NCBI GenBank assembly: GCA_910588945.1 | Contig: CAJUSF010000066.1 | Location: 5,785 to 69,784, forward strand | Direction: 5' to 3' | Length of the DNA stretch: 64,000 bases | From: an uncultured Eggerthellaceae bacterium | GTDB lineage: Bacteria; Actinomycetota; Coriobacteriia; Coriobacteriales; Eggerthellaceae | Shown here: piece after piece, positions 1 to 9,819 of the stretch | How positions within the stretch are numbered: the stretch's first letter is position 1 | Layout of the letters: the number at the start of each line of letters is the position of its first letter | The notes under the pieces: generated by a model | Database searches by the model: none | Seen by the model: only the letters and a program-made list of their open reading frames with translations | Told to the model about the DNA's origin: nothing | Program-made: the position numbers and the translations under genes

Positions 1-36
1 GATGGGACCTTTTTGCTTTCGGCTCTCGCCATATAT

Positions 37-864
37 CTAGGCAAGCGCCTTTGACATAGCAATGGTGCCGACGTTGAGATCCTTGTCCTTGGTCGAGATG
101 AAATCCACCACGTGACGAGGCATATATCCCTCATAGGTAACATCAATGGAATAATCCGCTGCCTCAATCTGCTTGAACCAGAAGTCACCGAACTCATCCG
201 ATTTGCAGGTAAGCTTCTCTCCTGTTTCCAAATTGGTAAGGACGATATCCGCGCCAATCAAAACTTCCTCTTCCTCGAGATCGGCAATCTCGCCAGCTAG
301 GAAGCGCTTTGGCTTGTTGAGGTAGTGCACGCGTGGCTTCGTCGCAAGCTCGGGGCGAAGATCCTCGGCATCCTTGAGCATATCAGCGAAATCTTCCTCG
401 TCACCAAACAAAATCGCATCATGAGCACAAGCATCCACGCAACGCGGAATTGTCCAGCCATCATCGAGCAGATGAGCGCAACCGGTGCACTTCTGCGGAA
501 TGGACAGCGCCTCATTCCAGTACACCACGCCATACGGGCAGGCATCCATAATCGCCTTTTGATCTTTGGCCTTTGCCGGATCGATGACGATTAGGCCATC
601 ATCCCTGCGATACACTGCGCCGTCTTTAGCAACCTTCATGCACGGAGCATCCTCGCAATGCTGGCAGAACACTGGAGTATAGGCAACCTTGACCTTCGGG
701 GTCTGACCACGCTCCTCCTCGTTTACCTTCATCCAGAACTGGCCGGTATCGGGCTGGGGTGCCGCATAGGGCATCCAGTCGTTGTCGCAATGCTCGTCCT
801 TGCAGACGATCTGGCAGTTGTGACAGCCAATGCAGCGGTCGAGATCAACAATAAAAGTCTTCAT
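37..864 (-). CDS. 4Fe-4S ferredoxin-type small subunit of a pyrogallol-hydroxytransferase-like molybdoenzyme, with a C-terminal Ig-like/carboxypeptidase-regulatory-like domain
   Basis: ORF 37..984. The internal ATG at 864 (MKTFIVDLDRCIGCHNCQIVCKDEHC) lies 4 nt after the stop of the large-subunit gene. Cys clusters are CIGCHNCQIVC, CQHCEDAPC and CTGCAHLL..PRCVDAC. The blocks CPYGVVYWNE..QKCTGCAHLLDD and TKPRVHYLN match, from memory, the small subunit of Pelobacter transhydroxylase. The C-terminal ~90 aa look like a beta-sandwich. Confidence 0.85.
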   Translation of the reverse strand: MKTFIVDLDRCIGCHNCQIVCKDEHCDNDWMPYAAPQPDTGQFWMKVNEEERGQTPKVKVAYTPVFCQHCEDAPCMKVAKDGAVYRRDDGLIVIDPAKAKDQKAIMDACPYGVVYWNEALSIPQKCTGCAHLLDDGWTIPRCVDACAHDAILFGDEEDFADMLKDAEDLRPELATKPRVHYLNKPKRFLAGEIADLEEEEVLIGADIVLTNLETGEKLTCKSDEFGDFWFKQIEAADYSIDVTYEGYMPRHVVDFISTKDKDLNVGTIAMSKALA

Positions 865-868
865 GCTC

Positions 869-3442
869 CTAGGCTCCTTCCACGATCCTGTCCAAAGCAA
901 TCTGTCCGGTCTCGGCCTCATAGCCGCGATTCTCGAACACCTCGGGGTATTGCTTTGCCAACTCGAACACATCAACCTTCTCAAGGTTCACCAAGAAGCT
1001 GTTTGTAACCTCGCCAGGAGCATTCTTGGATGTCGTATTGCCGGGGCAGATCAGGTTGTTTGCGCCAGCACGATCAAACTCACCGATCACGATGTTGTCA
1101 ACACGAACGCCGTGGTCCTGATAGACCGACTGAGGAATAACGCGCTCGGAGAGGCGGATTCCACCAAGGACAGCGCCGCGCTCGTTGTAGAGCTTAACGA
1201 TGTCGCCGTTTTTGAACCCGAGCACTGCGGCATCTTTCGGATTAACCCAGATCGGCTCATACATATAGCCGTCAGGACCTTCGACCTTGCAGGTCTCGAT
1301 CTCGCGACACCAAGTGTTGTCGTCGTTTTGCGCATGCACGCGCCAACGCGGGTGGTTAGTGATGAGCAGGAACGGGTACTCCTCGGAGCGCGGGTGCAGC
1401 AGACTCTCGGAATGAGACTCGCCATAAGGCACAAAGTGCGGAACCGGCGGACGCTCTTCGTCATCTGGGAAGAACTCGGACAGAATTGACGAGCGGAATT
1501 CAATCAAGCCCGTCGGCGTGATAAGCGGGTTGTTCTCAGGATCCTCATAGAACGGGCGCATGCCGCGCGGATCATCTTCCCAATCCTCGGCTGTCGGGAC
1601 GACGAAGTAGCCCTTCTCCATAAACTCCTCGTAAGAAACCATGTCTTGTACGCCAGAATTATCAAAGCCCTTCTTAATGAGCTCGTCTTCGGTGCCGCCG
1701 ACATATTGCTCGTACAACCCGAGCTTCTTGGCTACCTCACCAACCGCCTCGAAGTCAGACAGCGACTCGCCTACATGAGGAATCGCCTGCTCCTCGTGCA
1801 TCAGCATGTTGTACTGACCGCTGAACAGGTCAGCAGAGATGTCGCGCACCTCAAGCTTGGTGGTTGTCGGAAGAATAATGTCTGCAAACAGGCAATCGTT
1901 TTCGAGCCACGGATGCTGGGCTAGGATGAACTCGAGGTTCGGGTGACGCAAAGCGCGCTGCATCTCGTAGCCGTGATTCCAGCACGTCTGCCAACACGGG
2001 CTGTCCGTCCAGATCATGTGCAGCTCATAGTCGCCATCATGCGGGAAGTCCCACTCGACAACCTGGTCTTCAGCCGGCAGACCTGCGATAACATGGCCGC
2101 CGCGCCACTTGACCGGTGGATTCATAATAGCTTGCGGGATCAGTGTCTTCGGGATGAAGTTGACCGGATAGGTAAGCATTGCCCAGCCGTTGTAGATCGA
2201 GGAGAGATCGGGCTGACATGCGGAACGAGGCAACGGATAGATCTCATCGATGCCGAACAAACCCCAGTCCATGAAGTTGATCTGACCAACACCCGGCTTG
2301 CCGAGACCCTGCATAGCGAGCAGCGCAACCTCAAGACGAGCCGGCTCACTTGAGTAAGCTGCACGAATAAGGCCACCACCTGCGCAGTGAGCGATCGACA
2401 CTGCGTGCTTGCCCCAGTAGCGAGCAAGGGCCTTGATCTGGCGCTCAGTAATGCCCGTTATTGGAGATGCCCACTTCGGAGTTTTAGCAACGCCATCCTC
2501 AATGCCGAGAATGTAGTCTTTGAAGTCATCAAAGCCAACTGCATGTGTAGCAATGTAGTCTTTATCGTAAGTTCCCTCGGTAAGCCAAACATAAGCGATG
2601 GCGCAATGCAGCGCAGCGTCGGTGTTCGGAAGAATCGGGATCCACTTACCCTCATGAGCACAACCCGTATAGTTCAAATCAGGCGAAATGAAGATCGACT
2701 TCACGCCTACATCATGAAGCCAGCGCACCAAACGACCCGGCTGCATGCCTCCCCATCCCCAAGGGGTAGTCTCAGGATCAGCGCCCCAGTACAAAACAGC
2801 ATCGCCGTTCTCAGCAATATCTTGGAAGAGGTTCTGCACATGACCTTGCTTGCCGACAGGATCCATTCCCCAAATGTGCTTCGCGCCCCACGTCCAGCCT
2901 TCCCAGCTGTCAGGCTGACGGGCTTGCAGAGTGTATCCACCCATAAGGTCGAGCAGCTTTCCAGGGCAACCGTGTGCTGCATGAATAATCTTCGACTCAC
3001 CGTGGCCGTCGATCTGAGCAAGTACAGCCAGAGGTCCATATTCTTTATGGATACGCTTGAGCTCAGCCGCGATAATGTCAGTAGCCTCGTCCCATGAAAT
3101 GCGCTCGTATTTTGCGGTTCCGCGCGTCTCTGGATGACGCTCGCCGTTTGGATCCCAGTCCACTCTCTTCAGCGGATATGGGATGCGATTCTTTGAATAC
3201 ACACGCTTTTTGTAGGCATACTGCAGCGGTGTTGGCATCGTTTTGTCTTTTGGCTCCAACACCACACCGTTTACTTCTATCCTCCAAGGATTCATATCCT
3301 TGATATCGTATGCATCGTCATAGTGCATCGGACGGATACGAAGGATCTTCCCATCCTTGACATCGACGGCTGCAGAGTTTGAACCGAGACCGAAACCGCA
3401 CAAACCGAGCGACTTATAGACTGTCTTCACATCGTTTGACAT
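869..3442 (-). CDS. bis-MGD molybdopterin oxidoreductase large subunit, pyrogallol-phloroglucinol transhydroxylase-like (cytoplasmic)
   Basis: ORF 869..3541. The ATG at 3442 is preceded by an AAGGGAG RBS. There is no twin-arginine signal and no N-terminal Cys cluster (MSNDVKTVYKSLGLCGFGLGSNSAAVDVKDGKILRIRPMHYDD). The blocks RIPYPLKRVDWDPNGERHPETRG..YERISWDEATD, PDSWEGWTWG and the C-terminal barrel KNGDIVKLYNERGAVLGG fit the DMSO-reductase superfamily. They are closest, from memory, to the transhydroxylase large subunit. Confidence 0.8.
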   Translation of the reverse strand: MSNDVKTVYKSLGLCGFGLGSNSAAVDVKDGKILRIRPMHYDDAYDIKDMNPWRIEVNGVVLEPKDKTMPTPLQYAYKKRVYSKNRIPYPLKRVDWDPNGERHPETRGTAKYERISWDEATDIIAAELKRIHKEYGPLAVLAQIDGHGESKIIHAAHGCPGKLLDLMGGYTLQARQPDSWEGWTWGAKHIWGMDPVGKQGHVQNLFQDIAENGDAVLYWGADPETTPWGWGGMQPGRLVRWLHDVGVKSIFISPDLNYTGCAHEGKWIPILPNTDAALHCAIAYVWLTEGTYDKDYIATHAVGFDDFKDYILGIEDGVAKTPKWASPITGITERQIKALARYWGKHAVSIAHCAGGGLIRAAYSSEPARLEVALLAMQGLGKPGVGQINFMDWGLFGIDEIYPLPRSACQPDLSSIYNGWAMLTYPVNFIPKTLIPQAIMNPPVKWRGGHVIAGLPAEDQVVEWDFPHDGDYELHMIWTDSPCWQTCWNHGYEMQRALRHPNLEFILAQHPWLENDCLFADIILPTTTKLEVRDISADLFSGQYNMLMHEEQAIPHVGESLSDFEAVGEVAKKLGLYEQYVGGTEDELIKKGFDNSGVQDMVSYEEFMEKGYFVVPTAEDWEDDPRGMRPFYEDPENNPLITPTGLIEFRSSILSEFFPDDEERPPVPHFVPYGESHSESLLHPRSEEYPFLLITNHPRWRVHAQNDDNTWCREIETCKVEGPDGYMYEPIWVNPKDAAVLGFKNGDIVKLYNERGAVLGGIRLSERVIPQSVYQDHGVRVDNIVIGEFDRAGANNLICPGNTTSKNAPGEVTNSFLVNLEKVDVFELAKQYPEVFENRGYEAETGQIALDRIVEGA

Positions 3443-3768
3443 TCCGACTCCCTTTCTCTTTTCATCTACTTTTGCAATCCAGTTGCCACAAAACGCTTGC
3501 ATTCCTCGCTCTCTTCGATAAAATTCCGTTAATAATCCCATTTGCTCTCTAACTTCTTGCCAAGTCGAAGCTAATTCGACTCTATAGCGTCTAGCGTGAT
3601 ATCACAATCGCGTGCGATGTCTGATTTTGTCGAATAAAGAGGTCTGAGCAGGGGCGTTTTATCTAAGACTCTAGGTATTAGATAAAAATTTTCAGCTCTT
3701 TGAACAGGCAATATGCGAAGCAAATTCGCAGACTTTGGCAAACGTCGTTATTGGATGGGAGTAGGAAA

Positions 3769-5316
3769 GTGAACGGCGCAACCACCACTGATCAGCAACA
3801 ATCCTCAAGGTTTTTCAGCCCTACAATCGGCCTTGCGGGCTTCGGCGTTCTTCTCGGGTGGCATTTTCTTATACTTTATTATTCCTTCCCTATGACCAAC
3901 GGCATGTTACCGGCTGAATTCGTATTCATACGACAGGTCGCTCTAAATGCAACGCTTGGGATTTCCTTCGGATTATTTGGACGCCTAATGTCAAATCTCC
4001 CTCAACGGGACAGCATAAAATCGCACACTATCGCCTATCTTGCAATGGCCTTTGGAACGATTGGAAGTATTGCCCTGTTTGCCGGATCAATTCTAGGTAT
4101 CGCTTGGTCTGTTCTTGCGGTCATACTCATAGGCGCATCTGAGGCTGTATTGATGCTGTTTTGGCTGCGCTTTTACACCGAAGCATCGATCAATTATTCC
4201 GGAATTAGCTTGAGCGCATCTGCAGTCTTAGGTTCTCTTATATGCTTTTTCACTTTTCATCTCACCTTTGATATCTCTGTACTCATTCTTATTATCCTGC
4301 CTGCCGCATCTGGCCTTTTACTGATAAACGTAACAAAGGGCATTCCGCTTAGAAAGAACGATCCTCAAGGCTCAGGGATCCGCGACTGGAGCTCTGCCAG
4401 AAAACCTTACTGGAAAACAACCGCGCAGCTTATGGCTATGTCTCTGTTCTTTGGCGTGGTTCAAGGGTGCAGCTCTCTTGATTCTACCTTACTCCCCGCC
4501 GCAGATCCGTCTACAGTGCTTGGAGCCACCTTTGCAGGCATTGTTTTATTTCTGGCTTATCTAAAATCAAAAAGGCAACCGAATTTGGGACTCATCATCA
4601 ATTTCTCGCTCATGATATTTATGGCAGGAATGATGCTTCTCGCTTTCAACATAGCCATCCTTTCGCAGTTGGCCGCATTTTTGATAATGACCGGGTTCAT
4701 TTTCTACTTTATCCTGACGCTTATCTTCATCATCGATCTGTGCCGAACCTTCGACCTCGACACAACGCGCACTGTAGGACTCAATCAAGCGCTTGAATAC
4801 GTGATGTTTGCGGTCGGCATAATTGCAGGAAGGTTTCTTTGGTCGCGTTTTGAAAACGATGCTCTGCTCCCATTCGTCGTCTCCTTCATGGCTATCTTCG
4901 TCCTATGCGCTATTGCGCTGTTCCTTACAAACGAACGCCCGCCATGGGAAGCCGTTTTCTACAAACCAGCTCTCATCGCAGATAAGCATCCTGCAATGTC
5001 AGGCGACAACGAGAGCAATGAGCCTTTTGAAGACACTCCCAATGAAGCCGATATCCTGATGCTATTAAGCGAGCGCTACTCTCTCACCCCTCGCGAGATC
5101 GAGGTGTTCACCTTTCTGTCTAAGGGGCGCAATGCAGAATTCATCCAAAACGCGCTTTTCATCTCAAATCACACAGTAAAGACCCATATCTACAATATCT
5201 ATAAAAAGATGGACATACATTCTTTGCAGGATTTGTTGGATATCCTGGACGAAGAGGCCTCTCGATCGACGATTCAGTCCTGCGGTACGAGAAAAGACGA
5301 CTCGAATAACGTGTAG
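3769..5316 (+). CDS. LuxR-family transcriptional regulator with a polytopic N-terminal membrane domain
   Basis: ORF 3700..5316 (TTG with no RBS). An in-frame GTG at 3769 follows GGGAGTAGGAAA, so the start is uncertain. About 10 hydrophobic segments precede a C-terminal LuxR HTH (LTPREIEVFTFLSKGRNAEFIQNALFISNHTVKTHIYNIYKKMDI). Confidence 0.75.
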   Translation: MNGATTTDQQQSSRFFSPTIGLAGFGVLLGWHFLILYYSFPMTNGMLPAEFVFIRQVALNATLGISFGLFGRLMSNLPQRDSIKSHTIAYLAMAFGTIGSIALFAGSILGIAWSVLAVILIGASEAVLMLFWLRFYTEASINYSGISLSASAVLGSLICFFTFHLTFDISVLILIILPAASGLLLINVTKGIPLRKNDPQGSGIRDWSSARKPYWKTTAQLMAMSLFFGVVQGCSSLDSTLLPAADPSTVLGATFAGIVLFLAYLKSKRQPNLGLIINFSLMIFMAGMMLLAFNIAILSQLAAFLIMTGFIFYFILTLIFIIDLCRTFDLDTTRTVGLNQALEYVMFAVGIIAGRFLWSRFENDALLPFVVSFMAIFVLCAIALFLTNERPPWEAVFYKPALIADKHPAMSGDNESNEPFEDTPNEADILMLLSERYSLTPREIEVFTFLSKGRNAEFIQNALFISNHTVKTHIYNIYKKMDIHSLQDLLDILDEEASRSTIQSCGTRKDDSNNV

Positions 5317-5527
5317 TCTTGCAGCAAAACGTGCGATTTCAGTCCTGTGTTGGGATGCGCTCTTTCGGAGTTTTGTATAGTATCGTCTTTGCCAAGTCAT
5401 AAAAGATGCCGTATGCATACCGCCACATCGCTGCATATGGCAGGTTCGTTAAAAATCCCGATAACAAGCAGTATTACTTTGAATTCATCAGCATTTATTT
5501 GATGCGAATCGTTTTTAAGGGGTTAAT

Positions 5528-6754
5528 ATGACTGGTTCTTCTGACACACAGTTCCCCATGAGTAGAAGATGGATGATCTTTTGCTCCGTATTTTTCTTGG
5601 GCATCCTGACATCATTTGGGATGTTCAAAGCGCCCACGATGTTTACGACCGAGTTTATCTCGGAGCTTGGATTTACAGAGTCAAGCATCGGTTGGGTAAT
5701 GTCGATGTTCACGCTCATCGGAGCCGTTTTGGCGTTTCCCGCAGGTGGAATTTTCGCCAAGCTCGGGGCGAAGAAAAGCCTCATCATCACAGCGATCAGC
5801 CTTATCGTAGGTGCTGTAGGAGGAGCTCTTGCAACCAACGCGACGATGATGCTAGTAACCAGATTCATCGAAGGCATCGGCATGGGCCTTGTCTCCGTTG
5901 TCGGACCAGCCGCAGTTGCATCGATCATCCCGGCCAAAAAGCAGGGTCTGGCAATGGGCATCTGGAGCGTGTGGTTCCCGGCAGGCGTTGTTCTTGCGAT
6001 GAACGTAACGCCTATGGTGTACGCACTTGCCGGAACATGGCGTGCGAATTGGTGGCTCTCAGCGATACTCGCAGCCGTGGCTCTTATATTCGTGTGGGCA
6101 GTCTATGCTACGCCTCCGCAAGAGAATGCCTCCGAAGAGGCATCCGCAGACGGCGCTCCGATGAAGCTCAAGCCGGACTTTTTCAGCATCGTCATGATCG
6201 CCATCGCGTTTGGCTGCTGGAATGTGTTCAACGCCGGCGCAATTGGAGGCTTCTATCCTTCATATCTAGCTGACGTACACTCTCTTGATACGCAACTCTC
6301 GGGCACAATCTCAAGTATCACCAACATCTTGGTTTTGGCACTTGGGCCAATTTCGGGAATCATTGCTGACAAATTTAACATCCATAAGGGATTCATTGTA
6401 TTCGGCATGTTTGGTGCAGCCATCCTGTTGACCTTTGCGTTCGGTGACAACATGCCGCTTGTTTGGGTGTTTGTCATCGCCATGAGCTTCTGTTCCGCAT
6501 GCTGCTCAACAGGCGTGTTCTCAAGCGTCCCGCTGTATGCAAAAGATCCATCTAAAGTTGGTCTTGGAATGGCCATCGTGGCTTTCTTCCAGAACCTAGG
6601 AGGATGCATCGGATCAGCCGCGTTCGGCGCTCTTGCTGTAAGCATGGGCTGGAATATGGCCTCTCTTGCATTCTGTGTTCCCATCGCCATTGTCGGCGGT
6701 GTTTGCGCGGTGCTCATTAAGTCGCTGAAAGCTAAAAACGACACACGTGCATAG
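5528..6754 (+). CDS. MFS transporter
   Basis: 408-aa ORF with ~12 hydrophobic helices. AAGGGG RBS lies before the ATG at 5528. A stem-loop at 6768-6808 follows the stop. Confidence 0.9.
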   Translation: MTGSSDTQFPMSRRWMIFCSVFFLGILTSFGMFKAPTMFTTEFISELGFTESSIGWVMSMFTLIGAVLAFPAGGIFAKLGAKKSLIITAISLIVGAVGGALATNATMMLVTRFIEGIGMGLVSVVGPAAVASIIPAKKQGLAMGIWSVWFPAGVVLAMNVTPMVYALAGTWRANWWLSAILAAVALIFVWAVYATPPQENASEEASADGAPMKLKPDFFSIVMIAIAFGCWNVFNAGAIGGFYPSYLADVHSLDTQLSGTISSITNILVLALGPISGIIADKFNIHKGFIVFGMFGAAILLTFAFGDNMPLVWVFVIAMSFCSACCSTGVFSSVPLYAKDPSKVGLGMAIVAFFQNLGGCIGSAAFGALAVSMGWNMASLAFCVPIAIVGGVCAVLIKSLKAKNDTRA

Positions 6755-6963
6755 CGCACCTTTTGCTCACGCCCCAGTCTCTTTTCCCTAGAGGAGCGCT
6801 GGGGCGTGCGGCATTTCAGCAAATCAATTCGCCATTTTTAAGGGGCGATCGCGCGGTGTTTATACAGTTGTCGCGGGCGGCACGAAATGCTTCGTAGCAT
6901 CAACGCGATAAAAAGCCGTCTGAAGTCCTATAATTCTTACGAAAAGGCGGCGAAAGAGGGATT

Positions 6964-7395
6964 ATGCACGTAGACACTCCGATCAAAGTTAGATATGGCG
7001 AAACAGACATGATGGGCGTGGTTTATCACGCGAACTATCTTCTCTACTTTGAGGATGCACGTATCGATTTTCTCGATGCGCTTGATTTTTCATACAGCGA
7101 GCAGATCGAAGGTGCTGGCTTCATGAGCCCGATCCACGCGGTCGAAATCCAATACAAAAGCCCCCTTCGCTATGGTGAAGAGGGCTTCGTGCGCACGACT
7201 ATCGCAAAGAATCTTCCAATGCGAACTGTGTACCATCAGCGCGTCTATCGCACGGGAAGCGACCCTGAAACGGAGCATCCGCTAGTCGATGCACTTGTGA
7301 CCGTGTGTGTCGTAGATCGCGAAACGTTCAAGCCTGTGAACTTGAAGAAGACGTTTGCAGAGCTTTACGCAAAATACGACGAGGTGGCCGAATAG
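6964..7395 (+). CDS. acyl-CoA thioesterase, YbgC/4HBT hot-dog family
   Basis: 143 aa. The N-terminal VRYGETDMMGVVYHANYLLYFEDARIDFL is typical of 4HBT-type thioesterases. Confidence 0.8.
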   Translation: MHVDTPIKVRYGETDMMGVVYHANYLLYFEDARIDFLDALDFSYSEQIEGAGFMSPIHAVEIQYKSPLRYGEEGFVRTTIAKNLPMRTVYHQRVYRTGSDPETEHPLVDALVTVCVVDRETFKPVNLKKTFAELYAKYDEVAE

Positions 7396-7536
7396 CCGCA
7401 AGGCGCGCTCTTGCATCTTGCAGCACACAAGGCGCGGATCGCGTGCTGCAGGTGTAATGCAACAGCTCCTGCAACTGCAGCCTCCCCTGCGGCCTCCACT
7501 GCAATCGCAACCGGCAGGCGCGCGGGGCGCGTCTTG

Positions 7537-8229
7537 CTAAAGCTCGCGAGTCTCATAAAGACGAGCGGATATACAGGCGCTTATCACGTATGCAGCAAGT
7601 GCAGCCAAAAGTATCACGGCAACTGCAACCATAAGATCAAATTCGCCAGAAATGAGTGCCTCGAGATCGAGCGCATCGACACCCGAACTAAAAAACGCCA
7701 CTCCCATGCATATCGCGAACACCATGATCACGGGAACAAGTCGCGAGCCTTTCGTCATCCCGAATCTCATGATAAGCGGCAGCGAAACTGCCGCCGCAAT
7801 TATGATCACAGCCTCTGCAAGTACTCCGACTGCAAAAAGCTCAAGAGGACTCCACTCGGACAGGAACAAGCCCCTTGGAGCAATTTCGGCAAAGAAATTC
7901 TCAGCCACAAAGCCTATCGCCATACCAGCCAACCATGAAACCACCAAAGCGATGAGCACGATGGCCATCATGCTTGCATAGCGCCCATATGCCACTTGAC
8001 GGCGACTTATAGGAAGCGTCAGACGAAACCGCTCCCAGCCGTTTTGTTCATCATATGCGGAAATGCTGAATAGATACATGAAGGGAACCATGGCCGCAAT
8101 GCAGGCGGTCGATGTCACGAGCGTAGACGTTCCAGCCGCTATAAATATCGCCACAAAAAGCGTCATCCCCAGTAGCTGCGCAAACGAGTTCTTAGAGGTT
8201 ATCAGATCGGAGAAGATCATCGCTTTCAT
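7537..8229 (-). CDS. ABC-2 type transporter permease
   Basis: 230 aa with six hydrophobic segments. It has a 4-nt ATGA overlap with the upstream ATPase gene. Confidence 0.7.
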   Translation of the reverse strand: MKAMIFSDLITSKNSFAQLLGMTLFVAIFIAAGTSTLVTSTACIAAMVPFMYLFSISAYDEQNGWERFRLTLPISRRQVAYGRYASMMAIVLIALVVSWLAGMAIGFVAENFFAEIAPRGLFLSEWSPLELFAVGVLAEAVIIIAAAVSLPLIMRFGMTKGSRLVPVIMVFAICMGVAFFSSGVDALDLEALISGEFDLMVAVAVILLAALAAYVISACISARLYETREL

Positions 8230-9119
8230 AGTGATTCTCCTTTCAAAGTGAGTGCCATATATTCCTCGATGGATACGCGCTCCACCGGAATGTCGTCGAA
8301 TTTGGAAGCGAATGCCAATCTGTCAGGAACCAAGACGTCAACGCCGTATCCGTGTGAGAGCATCTTGAATTGCCCGTTTGTCCATCCACTGCTTTGCAGC
8401 CGATCGATATCGCTTTTGCGGCAATGGACAATCCCTGCCTCGTCGCAGATGGCATCTTTCGGCATCGAAAAGAGTATGCGGCCGTTGTCGATACACACAA
8501 CCTCATCGGCGATCTTCTCGAGATCCGTCGTGATGTGGGTGGCCATCAAAATGCCATGGTTCTCATCGCTCATGAAATCGCGGAGGATATCAAGTATCTC
8601 ATCGCGCGCAAGCGGATCGAGCCCCGCTGTGGCCTCATCGAGAATAAGAATGTCTGGATGATGCGCAAGTGCAAATGCCAAGGTGAGCTTCATCCCCATA
8701 CCTCGAGAGAGATCCTTCACCCGTTTTTTGAATCCCAGATCGAATTTTTTGCAAAGCCTTTCAAACAGCGCGGAATCCCATTTGGAATAGGACGCGCGCC
8801 CCAGAAACTCAACATCCTTGATGCGCATCGTAGTGAGAAAGGCACACGTGTCGAAAACCACTCCGATACGTTCTTTTACGGAATCTATATCATATTGAGC
8901 AGCATGCCGTGATTTCCCTGAATCGATCCCGAAAAGAGAGATCTCTCCTTCATCTACGGATATCAGACCCAAGATTGCCTTCAACATTGTTGTCTTGCCC
9001 GCGCCGTTTGAGCCGATAAGGCCGACCACGCGCCCCGACTCGACACAGAGCGAGGCATCGCGCAGAGCGAAATCATCGTAGCGTTTTGTTAGATGCTCGA
9101 CTTTTATCAATTCACCCAT
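8226..9119 (-). CDS. ABC transporter ATP-binding protein
   Basis: Walker A GSNGAGKTT, signature LSRGMGMKL, Walker B ILILDEATAGLD. Confidence 0.9.
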   Translation of the reverse strand: MGELIKVEHLTKRYDDFALRDASLCVESGRVVGLIGSNGAGKTTMLKAILGLISVDEGEISLFGIDSGKSRHAAQYDIDSVKERIGVVFDTCAFLTTMRIKDVEFLGRASYSKWDSALFERLCKKFDLGFKKRVKDLSRGMGMKLTLAFALAHHPDILILDEATAGLDPLARDEILDILRDFMSDENHGILMATHITTDLEKIADEVVCIDNGRILFSMPKDAICDEAGIVHCRKSDIDRLQSSGWTNGQFKMLSHGYGVDVLVPDRLAFASKFDDIPVERVSIEEYMALTLKGESL

Positions 9120-9151
9120 TGTTCCATCTTTCTGAAGTGCGCACTCCGAAA

Positions 9152-9523
9152 TCAGTCCTCCATCAACAGATCGACCATATCGTGCAACTCGCCCTTCGAT
9201 ATTCCTGCCGCAGTAGCATCCACCACGATCTTGGCAAGCCTGCCTTCGATCGTGCGCAGGCTCTCTTCGCGCAAAAGCTCAAGATTGCCTCCGGATACGA
9301 AAGTGCCCTTACCCTGCACCGTGTTCACGAATCCGGCTTCTTCCAAATCGGCATAGGCGCGTTTCGTCGTGATGACGCTTATGCGAAGGTCGTTCGCGAG
9401 CGCGCGGATGCTCGGAAGCATCTGACCCTCTGCAAACTCTCCGGCCAATATCGCACTTTTGATCTGCTGCGCTATCTGCTCATAGATAGGAGATGCGCTT
9501 GAGTTCGATATTATGATCTCCAA
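9152..9523 (-). CDS. GntR family (YtrA-like) transcriptional regulator
   Basis: ORF 9152..9574. The probable start is the TTG at 9523, giving (M)EIIISNSSASPIYEQIAQQIKSAILAGEF..LPSIRALANDLRISVITTKRAY, a typical short GntR winged HTH. The ATG at 9574 is the alternative start. Confidence 0.8.
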   Translation of the reverse strand: MEIIISNSSASPIYEQIAQQIKSAILAGEFAEGQMLPSIRALANDLRISVITTKRAYADLEEAGFVNTVQGKGTFVSGGNLELLREESLRTIEGRLAKIVVDATAAGISKGELHDMVDLLMED

Positions 9524-9599
9524 ATCTTCTCTTCTTTCAGAGGCGAATAGTCTGCCCCATCGTCTTGCCGACATCCGAGCGTCCCCGGCGACGGCGATA

Positions 9600-9645
9600 G
9601 TGTATATACGCTATATACACACTATATACACACCTATATACACTG
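9600..9645. promoter_or_regulatory. candidate operator: four phased TATATAC(AC) repeats upstream of the GntR-ABC operon
   Basis: GTATATAC at 9602. CTATATACAC occurs at 9611, 9622 and 9634 (spacing 9, 11 and 12 nt). The site lies 30-120 nt upstream of the GntR start. Confidence 0.45.
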
Positions 9646-9819
9646 TCAAGTAGAAATCGAAAAATCTGGAGATTATGAAAGATCGAGCCGTTGCTCGGTA
9701 AAAAAACTCGCAGCGCCGCGAGGATGGCAGCAAAGAAACGCAGAGCAAGACGCCAAAAAGCGATAAATAGGGTTAGAGCGGGTAAAATAGAGAGAATCTC
9801 GACAGTTTGTGTGTGCCAG

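Noticed and set aside
830-3097. Several 130-236-aa plus-strand ORFs (830..1489, 1943..2353, 2387..3097).
   Set aside because: All are antisense to the well-supported molybdoenzyme large subunit. They have no RBS and no recognisable domains.
5569-6273. 234-aa alternative-frame ORF inside the MFS gene.
   Set aside because: It is on the same strand but out of frame with a 12-TM transporter ORF. Its Arg-rich sequence is typical of a shifted frame.
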